NCBI GenBank assembly: GCA_964543125.1
Contig: CAZIWX010000002.1
Location: 26 to 64,025, forward strand
Source: an uncultured Lentisphaeria bacterium
GTDB lineage: Bacteria > Fidelibacterota > UBA8477
Direction of reading: 5' to 3'
Length of the DNA stretch: 64,000 nucleotides
Position 1 is the stretch's first letter. Each line of letters opens with the position of its first letter. Under the pieces are notes generated by a model. The model saw only the letters and a list, made by a program, of their open reading frames with translations. It made no database searches and had not been told where the DNA came from. A program made the translations under genes and the position numbers. Positions 28,569 to 37,413 of this stretch are shown piece after piece.

Positions 28569-28600
28569 CAGGCTCCGCAATTTTCCGGGGCCTGTTTTTA
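28569..28600 (+). terminator. Terminator/attenuator-like hairpin immediately upstream of the pheA RBS
   Basis: CAGGCTCC..GGGGCCTG forms an 8-bp stem followed by TTTTTA. It ends 4 nt before the GGGAG RBS of pheA. Confidence 0.35.
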
Positions 28601-28616
28601 AAATGGGAGTTACAAG

Positions 28617-29456
28617 TTGAAAGTTTCGATTCAGGGTGAACGCGCATCCTTCCACGAAATGGCTGCCCGGGCCTATTTCAAGCAGCCCGTTGAGGCGCTG
28701 GAATGCCTGACCTTTAAGGATGTCTGCCGAACATTGGTTGACGGTCAAAGTGATAGCGCCATCATGGCCGTAGAAAATACTTTAGTGGGCAGTATTTTGC
28801 CCAATTACGCTTTACTGAATGAATTTCCGGTAGTCATCACCGGTGAAATTTACCTGAGAATTGAACAAAATCTTATGGCGTTGCCAAAGCAACAATTGAA
28901 GGATATTTCCATTGTTCGCTCCCATCCCATGGCGTTGCGGCAGTGTAGTCACTTTTTTAGGCAACATTCGCATTTGAACGCCTTGGAGGCCTTTGATACC
29001 GCCGGCAGCGCCCGGGAGATTCGCGAACAAAATTTACCGGGTACGGCCGCCATTGCCAGCCAGGCCGCGGCCGAGCGCTATCAGTTGGAGATTCTGGCGC
29101 CGGGTATTGAAGATCAGAAACACAATTACACCCGGTTCTTCAGCTTGTCCCGACGAACAGGAGAGCCCGGTTTTAGCGGATCGAAGAGCACGCTTTATTT
29201 CAAATTGAAGCACCAGGTGGGAGCGCTGGCGCGCATGCTGAATATTTTTCAAACCCACGCTATCAATTTGAACATGATCCAGTCTTTGCCGGTGCCCCTC
29301 AATCCCAATGAGTATGGTTTCCTGATCGAAGTGGTCTGGCAAAAAGCGGTGGATTTTCAAACTACCCTCGCTGAAGCACAAACCTGTTCAAGCGCTATGA
29401 AGATTCTGGGTGTCTACGAACCCGGCTTGCGGCCTTTCGCCTGGCTGAACCGCTGA
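28617..29456 (+). CDS. pheA: Prephenate dehydratase (PDT catalytic domain plus C-terminal ACT regulatory domain)
   Basis: 279 aa with PDT-domain organisation followed by an ACT-like C-terminus. There is no chorismate mutase domain. Confidence 0.75.
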   Translation: MKVSIQGERASFHEMAARAYFKQPVEALECLTFKDVCRTLVDGQSDSAIMAVENTLVGSILPNYALLNEFPVVITGEIYLRIEQNLMALPKQQLKDISIVRSHPMALRQCSHFFRQHSHLNALEAFDTAGSAREIREQNLPGTAAIASQAAAERYQLEILAPGIEDQKHNYTRFFSLSRRTGEPGFSGSKSTLYFKLKHQVGALARMLNIFQTHAINLNMIQSLPVPLNPNEYGFLIEVVWQKAVDFQTTLAEAQTCSSAMKILGVYEPGLRPFAWLNR

Positions 29457-29463
29457 ATGGAAA

Positions 29464-30282
29464 TTAAGGTGCCGCGAGCGGAGCATCCGGCGGCGAAGGT
29501 GGACCCAGTAAAATAGTGCGTGGCAGTAGCGCCAGATCAATACGCTGCATCCGCACCGATTTGATATGCCGTTCCTCCAGCCAGACCAACTGACTCAGAT
29601 TCCGCGGCTCATCAACCCACACCGGAATTCCCAAATGCCCCATCAGCCGCACAAATTTTTGAGTTAATTCGTTGCGAAATCTCGTAGTATCCATGGGAAC
29701 CAACGCCACGTCGTAGTTAGTGTGAAATATCGGTAGCAGTAACCAACGGCGGTACCGGATGACACGCTTTAGTTCACTAGGCGGCATGATTTGCGGAAGG
29801 TGAGGCAGAGATTCTCGCAGCTTGCGCAGCGGACGTTCGAAATTGCTGCTGAACACAAGCTGCAGCTCCAACTCCTGTTGCCGGATATACTGCGCCAGCC
29901 GGCCTAGCCCGTTTGTATCATCCCGCGTAAAGTGAAACCAATATTTGAGGAACGGAAAATGTGTGATGACACTATCCACCGGTGTAGCACTTTCAGCATC
30001 AGCGTACCAGACCGCCCCTTGATAATGGAGGTCCAACTGAATCCGGCCGGCGCCATAACGGTTTTTCAATACGCTGATCGAAGCTAACAAACCCGTATCC
30101 GTGAGACGCTGTCCACCCCGGGTGGCCCAAACCGTCATTTTCGAAGGTGCGATCAGAGCGGTGGACGTTTTCGGTGTACGCTGATACCAGATATATTGGT
30201 GAATCAGGGTGAGGACACCAATGGTCACGAAAATCCGCCGCACCCACTTCATACCGCAATAATAGTCCGTTAAAATCGGCAA
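29464..30282 (-). CDS. Membrane-anchored GDPD-like protein (glycerophosphodiester phosphodiesterase fold, apparently with substituted catalytic residues)
   Basis: It has an N-terminal TM helix. VWATRGG occupies the place of the GDPD HRGG motif, IQLDLHY the place of the ExD motif, and VWVDEPRN the place of the C-terminal WTVN motif. The alignment is by eye only. Confidence 0.4.
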   Translation of the reverse strand: MPILTDYYCGMKWVRRIFVTIGVLTLIHQYIWYQRTPKTSTALIAPSKMTVWATRGGQRLTDTGLLASISVLKNRYGAGRIQLDLHYQGAVWYADAESATPVDSVITHFPFLKYWFHFTRDDTNGLGRLAQYIRQQELELQLVFSSNFERPLRKLRESLPHLPQIMPPSELKRVIRYRRWLLLPIFHTNYDVALVPMDTTRFRNELTQKFVRLMGHLGIPVWVDEPRNLSQLVWLEERHIKSVRMQRIDLALLPRTILLGPPSPPDAPLAAP

Positions 30283-30361
30283 ACCAAAATATGGTTCGTC
30301 TGGATCGGGGATTCGTTTAAATTAGCGACCGGAAGACCATGAACCTGAAATCTCACCGGAA

Positions 30362-31060
30362 TTGAGGATGCGAACTTTTACGAAACGAGTTATCCCGGGC
30401 CTGTTTCTGATCTTGGGGATGTATAATTTTTCGCGTTGCGGTTTGCCATCGGCTGTTGCCAATGTCGGGCGGCCAGCAGTTCAAGAACCGCGAGATACTG
30501 ACCTGGCCCTAACCCCGACAATCGTTAATCTGACTCAAAAAATCCCGGGCCTGAAAACCGATGTGCGTTACGCCACCACCCATAATTTTACCGGTCAGGT
30601 CTTGTACGCTTCCGGTACACCCTACCTGGTGGCTGAAGTGGCTGAATCGTTGTTGACCGTGCAAAACGAGCTCAGGAACATGGGCCTGCAGTTGCTGGTT
30701 TTCGACGGTTATCGCCCCTTAGCGGTTCAGAAGAAAATGTGGAAAATATACCCGGACAGCCGCTATGTCGCCAATCCGGTCCACGGCTCGCGCCACAACC
30801 GGGGCTGCGCCGTTGACCTGACCCTGGCGGATTCAACCGGTCAACCGCTGGTGATGCCCACCGGTTATGATGATTTCACTGAAAAAGCCAACGCCGGTTT
30901 TAGGGATTTACCCGCGCAACAATTGGCTAACCGGGCTTTGCTGAAGCTGGTAATGGAAAAACATGGCTTCGTTGGACTCAAATCCGAGTGGTGGCATTTC
31001 GATTTTAGAGGCTGGCGGAATTATCCGGTATTGGACATTCCGATTCCTGCCGAGCGTTAA
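30362..31060 (+). CDS. Peptidase M15 D-alanyl-D-alanine dipeptidase (VanX/DdpX-like)
   Basis: The zinc-ligand motifs SRHNRGCAVDLTL and EWWHFDF are present. It has a signal peptide. 232 aa. Confidence 0.75.
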   Translation: MRMRTFTKRVIPGLFLILGMYNFSRCGLPSAVANVGRPAVQEPRDTDLALTPTIVNLTQKIPGLKTDVRYATTHNFTGQVLYASGTPYLVAEVAESLLTVQNELRNMGLQLLVFDGYRPLAVQKKMWKIYPDSRYVANPVHGSRHNRGCAVDLTLADSTGQPLVMPTGYDDFTEKANAGFRDLPAQQLANRALLKLVMEKHGFVGLKSEWWHFDFRGWRNYPVLDIPIPAER

Positions 31061-31153
31061 TCTTTACCCGTGTCAAATTATAGCGCGGGAAGCTTGTACA
31101 GTTGCCTGGAATAGACTAAAATACTGACCATCTTTACCAAATCAGGAGGGACA

Positions 31154-32470
31154 ATGAAAAACAGGTTGGGTTTTCTGGGATTGCTTGCACTGACAAGCAT
31201 GCTAATGGGGCAGGAGCAGGTTGCTAAGACCGGTTTTAATTTCGGGGGTGTGCCGGCCATTGCGTACAACTCGGATACGGGATTTACCTACGGCCTGATC
31301 GTAAATACCTATAACTATGGCGATGGCTCGATGTATCCGGATTACCGGTACTCACTCTATACCGAATGGTCGCGGACCACCAAGGGCAGTGGGGTCAATA
31401 AACTTTTCTTCGACTCCAAATATCTGCTGCCCAAAGAGATCCGGATCACCAGTGAGCTGAGCTATCTGACGGAACAGACCCTGCCGTTTTACGGTTTGAA
31501 CGGCGCCAGCGCACCCTACCAGGCAGGGTATGAAATTGAGGATTCGACCAACTATATTTCGCGTGTGTATTATCGGCACATGCGCAATACACTTAAGTTC
31601 ACGGCCGACTTTCAGCGTAAGTTTTTAAACGACAACCTGCACTGGATCGGTGGCTTCGGGATCATCAACACCAGCGTGGATACGGTGGATATTGCCACCC
31701 TGAATGAAGGGAAAGACCCGGTCGATCAACTGCCTGACACGACAAGTTTGTACTCTGAGTATGTAAACTATCATTGGATTGGAGCCGATGAAGCCCAGGG
31801 TGGCCTGACCAATTATGTGAAATTCGGGCTGGTCTATGACACCCGGGACAATGAACCCAATCCCATGTCCGGAATCTGGACGGAAGCGCTGGTAACCGTG
31901 GTTCCCAAAGCCCTGGGCAGTGATTTCAGCTATGCGACGTTGACCGTCACGCACCGTCAGTATTTCACTATCATTCCCCAGGATCTGTCTTTTGCCTATC
32001 GTTTAGGCTATCAGGGTGTGATCAACGGCCGGGAACCCTTTTTCATGCTGCCAAACTACCAGAGCAGCTATCAGGTGAATGAGGGTTTGGGCGGTTCCAA
32101 GTCTCTACGCGGCATTTTAAAAAACCGGATCGTGGGCAAATCCATCGCCTTCGGTAATTTCGAATTCCGCTGGAAATTTTACCGCACGGTGGTATTCAAC
32201 CAGAATGTGTACTTGGCCTTGAATGCCTTCATGGACGCCGGGCAGGTGCTGGAAAATCAGCCTATTCCGGAACCTTTTGGAATTCCAGCGCAACCACCCA
32301 TGTATTATCCCATCTATCCGAACGGTAAAGACACACTGCACAAATCGTTTGGTGGCGGCTTGCGGATCGCTTTGAACGAGAATTTTATCGTAGCGGTTGA
32401 CATGGGCTTTGCGGGGGCTAAAGCCGATGGCTCCAGCGGACTCTATATCGGACTGAATTATTTGTATTAA
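31154..32470 (+). CDS. Omp85/D15-family outer-membrane beta-barrel protein lacking POTRA domains
   Basis: 438 aa with a signal peptide. Beta-strand periodicity runs throughout. It has a YDTRDN motif and an SLRG(I) motif of VRGY type. The C-terminus is ...IGLNYLY. Confidence 0.5.
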   Translation: MKNRLGFLGLLALTSMLMGQEQVAKTGFNFGGVPAIAYNSDTGFTYGLIVNTYNYGDGSMYPDYRYSLYTEWSRTTKGSGVNKLFFDSKYLLPKEIRITSELSYLTEQTLPFYGLNGASAPYQAGYEIEDSTNYISRVYYRHMRNTLKFTADFQRKFLNDNLHWIGGFGIINTSVDTVDIATLNEGKDPVDQLPDTTSLYSEYVNYHWIGADEAQGGLTNYVKFGLVYDTRDNEPNPMSGIWTEALVTVVPKALGSDFSYATLTVTHRQYFTIIPQDLSFAYRLGYQGVINGREPFFMLPNYQSSYQVNEGLGGSKSLRGILKNRIVGKSIAFGNFEFRWKFYRTVVFNQNVYLALNAFMDAGQVLENQPIPEPFGIPAQPPMYYPIYPNGKDTLHKSFGGGLRIALNENFIVAVDMGFAGAKADGSSGLYIGLNYLY

Positions 32471-32500
32471 TCCAAATCACCGGAAAACAGCGTCAATTCT

Positions 32501-34144
32501 ATGAGCTCAATCGGTACCGTAGTGGAAAAATGGCCGCCGGAACGCACGGGAAAGCAGCGCCAACGGATGTTGGATTTGATGGCGGACCTGGAGACGCAGC
32601 GCAAAGTGCTGTCAAAAGGGGGTGGTGAAAAAGCCATCAACCGGCAACACCGGAAAGACCGGCTCACGGCCCGCGAGCGGATCGAAAAACTTATCGATAA
32701 AGGCACACAATTCCTGGAATTGGGCATTTTTGCCGCCTGGGAAATGTACCCGGAGTATGGAGACCCGCCGGCAGCCGGGGTCATCATCGGGATCGGTAAA
32801 ATTCACGCACGCGAGGTGGTGCTGGTTGCCAATGACGCCACGGTCAAAGCCGGCGCCTATTTCGAAGTTACTTTAAAAAAAACCCTGCGGGCCCAGCAAA
32901 TCGCGCTGGAAAATCACCTGCCTATTGTTTACCTCGTGGACTCGGCCGGTGTGTTTTTGCCCATGCAGGACCAGGTTTTTCCGGACGAAGGTCATTTCGG
33001 CCGCATTTTTTATAATAATGCCCGGCTGTCGGCTCTGGGCATTCCCCAAATTGCCTCGGTGATGGGGTCTTGCGTAGCCGGTGGCGCCTATTTACCGGTC
33101 ATGTGCGACAAGTATGTGATGGTCGAGGGCGCCAGTATGTTTTTGGCCGGGCCGGCGCTGGTGAAAGCTGCAATCGGGCAGGAGGTGGACCTGGAAACTC
33201 TGGGCGGCGCCACCACCCATAACGCCATTTCCGGTACTGCTGATTACCACGAGCCCAACGACAAGGCGGCTTTGGAGCGTGTCCGCAAGCTCGTGAACAA
33301 TCTACCGTTACCGGAAAAAACCCTTTTTAATCGAAGCGACCCACATGCGTCTAAGTTTAAGGCGTATGATTTGCTGAGTGTTGTCCCGGATAATGGCGGT
33401 CAGTATGATGTCCGGGAAATCATCGCCCGGCTGGTGGACGACTCGGACTTTGATGAGTATAAAGCCACGTATGGGAAAACGCTGGTTTGTGGTCATGCCC
33501 GGCTGGGTGGATTTACGGTGGGAATCGTGGCGAATCAAAAACTCATTGTTAAAACCGAGGCGGGTGAGATGCAGATGGGCGGCGTGATTTACAACGATTC
33601 GGCGGACAAGGCCGCCCGGTTTATCATGAACTGCAATCAGGATCGGATTCCGCTGATTTTTATTCACGACGTGAACGGTTTTATGGTGGGCCGGGAGGCC
33701 GAATGGGCCGGGATTGCCAAGGATGGCGCCAAAATGGTGCAGGCGGTTTCCAATTCAGTAGTCCCTAAAATTGCGCTGGTGGTTGGTGGTAGTTATGGAG
33801 CAGGAAATTACGCCATGAGCGGCCGGGCTTATAGTCCCCGCTTTCTATATGCCTGGCCAACGGCGAAAATCGCGGTGATGGGCGGCGCCCAGGCGGCCAA
33901 TGTCCTGGCTGATATTCGTCTCGCGAAGGAAAAAGATGTGACCCCGGAAAAGCGTAAAGCGATTGTGGATGAAATCAAAGCGATTTATAAGAAACAGTCC
34001 GATCCACGGTATGCCGCCGCCCGCCTGTGGATTGACGAGATTATCGATCCACCGGAGACGCGCCGAGTACTCATCCGTTCACTGGAAGTTTGTGCCAATC
34101 AGCCGCAACTCCCGGCGCCTAATTTCGGGGTGCTACAGGTGTAG
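32501..34144 (+). CDS. Biotin-dependent acyl-CoA carboxylase, carboxyltransferase (beta) subunit (methylcrotonyl-/geranyl-CoA carboxylase beta-like)
   Basis: 547 aa with a two-repeat crotonase-like carboxyltransferase. The N-terminus is typical of MCCase/GCCase beta subunits (QRKVLSKGGGEKAINRQHRKDRLTARERIEKLID). The oxyanion regions GSCVAGGAY and GGSYGAGNY are present. Confidence 0.85.
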   Translation: MSSIGTVVEKWPPERTGKQRQRMLDLMADLETQRKVLSKGGGEKAINRQHRKDRLTARERIEKLIDKGTQFLELGIFAAWEMYPEYGDPPAAGVIIGIGKIHAREVVLVANDATVKAGAYFEVTLKKTLRAQQIALENHLPIVYLVDSAGVFLPMQDQVFPDEGHFGRIFYNNARLSALGIPQIASVMGSCVAGGAYLPVMCDKYVMVEGASMFLAGPALVKAAIGQEVDLETLGGATTHNAISGTADYHEPNDKAALERVRKLVNNLPLPEKTLFNRSDPHASKFKAYDLLSVVPDNGGQYDVREIIARLVDDSDFDEYKATYGKTLVCGHARLGGFTVGIVANQKLIVKTEAGEMQMGGVIYNDSADKAARFIMNCNQDRIPLIFIHDVNGFMVGREAEWAGIAKDGAKMVQAVSNSVVPKIALVVGGSYGAGNYAMSGRAYSPRFLYAWPTAKIAVMGGAQAANVLADIRLAKEKDVTPEKRKAIVDEIKAIYKKQSDPRYAAARLWIDEIIDPPETRRVLIRSLEVCANQPQLPAPNFGVLQV

Positions 34145-34154
34145 AGAACGGAAC

Positions 34155-34200
34155 ACGGATTTCACGGATAAGACGGATTAGCACGGATATGACTGATTTT
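34155..34200. repeat. Five tandem copies of a 9-10-bp unit (ACGGATWWG-like) in the carboxyltransferase/atuA-like intergenic region
   Basis: The copies are ACGGATTTC, ACGGATAAG, ACGGATTAGC, ACGGATATG and ACTGATTTT, read directly. A second small tandem, TAATCTGTG x2, lies at 34306-34323. Confidence 0.5.
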
Positions 34201-34343
34201 TCAAAAAGAAGCAATCCCACGCGTCTTGCTCCGCCCGGGCAGGCAGGCTCAGGGAGACAGCCGGGAATTAGGTTTTTTAAAATTAGTGTCATTCGTGGTT
34301 ACTCTTAATCTGTGTAATCTGTGGTTTAACAAAAAAAGGACTT

Positions 34344-35696
34344 ATGAAAAACTTAGTGCGAATCGGAAACGGTCAGGGATTTTGGGGTGATTCCATCGAC
34401 GCCCCGGTGCATTTAGTGGAAGACGGTCCCCTGGATTATCTCACGCTGGATTACCTGGCGGAAGTCACCATGTCCATCATGCAGCGTCAGAAGGAGAAAA
34501 ATCCCCAAACCGGCTATGCCCGGGATTTTGTGGAGCTGATTGACCGCATTTTACCAACCTTGATTCAAAAAGATGTTAAAGTGATTGCCAATGCCGGCGG
34601 TGTGAATGCACCGGCCGCGGCGGAGGCATTGCAAGAGGTGGCGCGTCGACAGGGAGTGCGGAACCTGAAAATCGGTATCGTGGAAGGTGATAACATACTG
34701 GATCGTATCGACGAACTGGTTGACGCGGGTGCTAAATTCGAAAACATGGAAACCGGTGCAGCCTTCGATGAAATTCGGGACCGGGTAAAGTCGGCCAATG
34801 TGTATATCGGTGCGTTTCCCCTCGCGGAAGCTTTGAACCAGGGTGCGTGCATTGTTCTGGCAGGGCGCGTAACCGATCCGGCCCTGGCATTGGGTCCCGT
34901 GATCCATGAGTTCGGTTGGACAGAATCAGAATATGACAAATTGGCGCTGGGGACCCTGGCCGGACACATCACCGAATGTGGCGCTCAGTGTACCGGCGGT
35001 AATTATTCCCGTTGGTGGGAAGTGCCGGATTATGCCGGGATCGGTTACCCCATCATCGAAATCCAGTCGAATGGCAAATTTGTTATTACCAAGCATCAGG
35101 GCACCGGCGGCGTGGTGAACCGTATGGGTGTCTCGGAACAGATCCTGTACGAGATGGGTGACCCCCGAAATTATATCTCGCCGGATGTGGTAGTGGATTT
35201 TACTTCGTTCAGCTTGCGAGATGAAGGAAACGACCGGGTTGCCGTTGAAAAAGTTCACGGCTCCAAACCAACGGCCTTCTATAAGGTTTCCATGAGTTAT
35301 TTTGCCGGCTACAAAGCGTCTGGCCAGCTCACCGTTTCCGGCCCCAGGGCCTATGAAAAGGCGCAAAAAGTTGCAGAAATTATCTGGGAACGCCTGATCC
35401 GCGCCGGAAATAGTTACGAGGACACCAAGACCGAATATTTGGGTCTTTCGTCTTGTCACGGCGATATCAATCCGGTACCCAAGCAAATCAACGAAGTGGT
35501 CCTGCGCCTCAGTGTCCGGGATGGTGATAAAGTTAAAGTCGATCGCTTTGGGAAAGAGATTGCCCCGGTCATAACCAATGGGCCGCCGGGAATCACGGGT
35601 TTTGCGGGTGGCCGGCCCAAAGCCCGGGAAATCATTGCCTATTGGCCGGCCTTGATTCCAAAGGGGTTGATTGCGACCAAAGTGACCGTGGTATAA
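34344..35696 (+). CDS. AtuA-family protein (DUF1446, acyclic terpene utilisation protein A-like), N-terminal part of a split AtuA
   Basis: The N-terminus VRIGNGQGFWGDSIDAPVHLVEDGPLDYLTLDYLAEVTMSIM matches the conserved AtuA/DUF1446 start. 450 aa. Confidence 0.6.
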   Translation: MKNLVRIGNGQGFWGDSIDAPVHLVEDGPLDYLTLDYLAEVTMSIMQRQKEKNPQTGYARDFVELIDRILPTLIQKDVKVIANAGGVNAPAAAEALQEVARRQGVRNLKIGIVEGDNILDRIDELVDAGAKFENMETGAAFDEIRDRVKSANVYIGAFPLAEALNQGACIVLAGRVTDPALALGPVIHEFGWTESEYDKLALGTLAGHITECGAQCTGGNYSRWWEVPDYAGIGYPIIEIQSNGKFVITKHQGTGGVVNRMGVSEQILYEMGDPRNYISPDVVVDFTSFSLRDEGNDRVAVEKVHGSKPTAFYKVSMSYFAGYKASGQLTVSGPRAYEKAQKVAEIIWERLIRAGNSYEDTKTEYLGLSSCHGDINPVPKQINEVVLRLSVRDGDKVKVDRFGKEIAPVITNGPPGITGFAGGRPKAREIIAYWPALIPKGLIATKVTVV

Positions 35697-35709
35697 ACAG
35701 GAAGCGCTG

Positions 35710-36057
35710 ATGAAAAAAATAAAACTTTACCAAATTGCCCATGCCCGCTCGGGTGACAAGGGTCCCAATTCCAATGCCGGGGTTATTTTTTACACCCGGG
35801 AAGGATATGCGCTTGGGAAAAAACTACTGACGGTAGAGCGAGTGAAAACACACCTGGCCGGCATCGCAAAAGGGGCAATCAAGCGCTATGAGCTGCCTAA
35901 TCTGTTGGCACTGAACTTTATTCTCGGGGATTCGCTGGGGGGTGGCGGCAGTGAAAGCCTGCAGAATGACGCCCAGGGCAAAACCCACGGCCAGGCGGTA
36001 CTCCTGATGGAGTTGGAAGTACCCGACGATTTTCCGGTTGACGATGTGGGAATTTGA
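35710..36057 (+). CDS. DUF4387-like small protein, the C-terminal module of AtuA encoded as a separate ORF
   Basis: 115 aa. It lies 13 nt after the DUF1446 gene. Its size and position are typical of the DUF4387 partner of split AtuA proteins. Confidence 0.45.
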   Translation: MKKIKLYQIAHARSGDKGPNSNAGVIFYTREGYALGKKLLTVERVKTHLAGIAKGAIKRYELPNLLALNFILGDSLGGGGSESLQNDAQGKTHGQAVLLMELEVPDDFPVDDVGI

Positions 36058-36066
36058 AAAAACAGC

Positions 36067-36852
36067 ATGCAATTACCTGAAACCGACTTTCTGAAACTTG
36101 ATTTAAAGCAGCAAACGCTGTGGGTAACGTTGGATCATCCACCGGTAAACGCTTTGAGCCGGGAGATGGTGAATGAACTGCACCAATTAGCCGGATGGCT
36201 GGCCGCGGCGCCCAAAATCTGGCTGGTAGTGCTGACCAACTCCGGCAAGATCTTTTGCGCCGGCGCCGATTTAAAAGAGCGTGCAACCATCCCCGGCGAG
36301 CAAGTCGCAAGTGTGGTAAAAGAAATTCAAAATGCCTGCCGGGAATGGTCAATGCTTCCCCAGCCCGTGATCATGGGCGTGAATGGCACTGCTCTCGGAG
36401 GGGGACTGGAATTAGTGTTGGCGGGTGATTTGATTGCTGTTTCCAACAGTGCGAAACTGGGATTTCCGGAGGTGGGTCTGGGAATCATTCCCGGTGCCGG
36501 GGGAACCCAGAAATTAGCCCGTCGAACCAACGAGGGAATTGCTAAAAAATGGATCCTCACGGCCAAGATTTTTACCGCAGATAAAGCAGTTGCGGATGGT
36601 GTGGCCGATTTTGTTTTCCCCGATTCTGAATTTAACCCGCGTTTAACGGCATTAGCGGCCCGGGTGGAGAAAAACGCGCCTTTGGCCCTACGGCAGGCTA
36701 AACTGGCGATTCAGAGTGGTGCCGCACTTAGTATGACTGAGGCACTTAAACGTGAATCCGATGCTTATGCACCCTTGATTCCAACTCGCGATCGCCATGA
36801 AGCACTGGAAGCTTTCAAAGCCAAACGTCCACCTAAATGGTGCGGGAAGTAA
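36067..36852 (+). CDS. Enoyl-CoA hydratase/isomerase (crotonase) family protein
   Basis: 261 aa. The crotonase oxyanion and active-site regions are present (FCAGADLKE; GGGLELVLAGDLIA; GFPEVGLGIIPGAGGTQ). Confidence 0.8.
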   Translation: MQLPETDFLKLDLKQQTLWVTLDHPPVNALSREMVNELHQLAGWLAAAPKIWLVVLTNSGKIFCAGADLKERATIPGEQVASVVKEIQNACREWSMLPQPVIMGVNGTALGGGLELVLAGDLIAVSNSAKLGFPEVGLGIIPGAGGTQKLARRTNEGIAKKWILTAKIFTADKAVADGVADFVFPDSEFNPRLTALAARVEKNAPLALRQAKLAIQSGAALSMTEALKRESDAYAPLIPTRDRHEALEAFKAKRPPKWCGK

Positions 36853-37409
36853 ACCGCGTGCTTACCCGCTTGCTCCTAAAATCAATAGCCCATTTAACCA
36901 CGAACCGGCGTTTGCTAACCGTTTGGATCATATTTGTCGCATTTTTTCTGTGGATGAGCTGGTTGGATAACCAACTAAAAGCAATCGGGAATGAGGCTGG
37001 TATCTTGGATTTACAGTTTGCCTTCACTGCTGAACGCGCGAACGATATTTTAGCCCACTGGGGTGTAGCCGGCAGACAACTGGCGTTAAAGGGTTTGCTG
37101 TATGATTGCCTTTATCCCATCAGTTATAGTTTGGCATTATTAACTCTGGTTGTACGGGTTTACGGCGTGGCCACCCCCGGGAGCAGATTTTTTATTCGTC
37201 TTCCGTTACTGGCCGTCATTTTGGATTATAGTGAGAATTATCTTCACTGGCGCATCATTCAGGCCTTTCCCGCCATAACGTCATCCAACATCGGTTTGGC
37301 CAGTTATTTTGCCGCTGCCAAGTGGTTATTAATTGCTGTAACTATTGGATCAATTTTGTTGACCGGCGCTATCCGCCTAAAACGGCGAAGCAAACCGGTT
37401 AACAAATAA
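36837..37409 (+). CDS. Hypothetical membrane protein (about 4 TM)
   Basis: 190-aa ORF overlapping the hydratase stop by 16 nt. An alternative start is the ATG at 36954. The protein is hydrophobic. Confidence 0.4.
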   Translation: MVREVNRVLTRLLLKSIAHLTTNRRLLTVWIIFVAFFLWMSWLDNQLKAIGNEAGILDLQFAFTAERANDILAHWGVAGRQLALKGLLYDCLYPISYSLALLTLVVRVYGVATPGSRFFIRLPLLAVILDYSENYLHWRIIQAFPAITSSNIGLASYFAAAKWLLIAVTIGSILLTGAIRLKRRSKPVNK

Positions 37410-37413
37410 ATTC

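Noticed and set aside
35918-36352. 144-aa Arg-rich minus-strand ORF (also 36327-36566 and 35824-36072)
   Set aside because: These are antisense to the DUF4387 and enoyl-CoA hydratase genes. The Arg/Pro-rich translation is typical of a reverse frame of GC-rich coding DNA.
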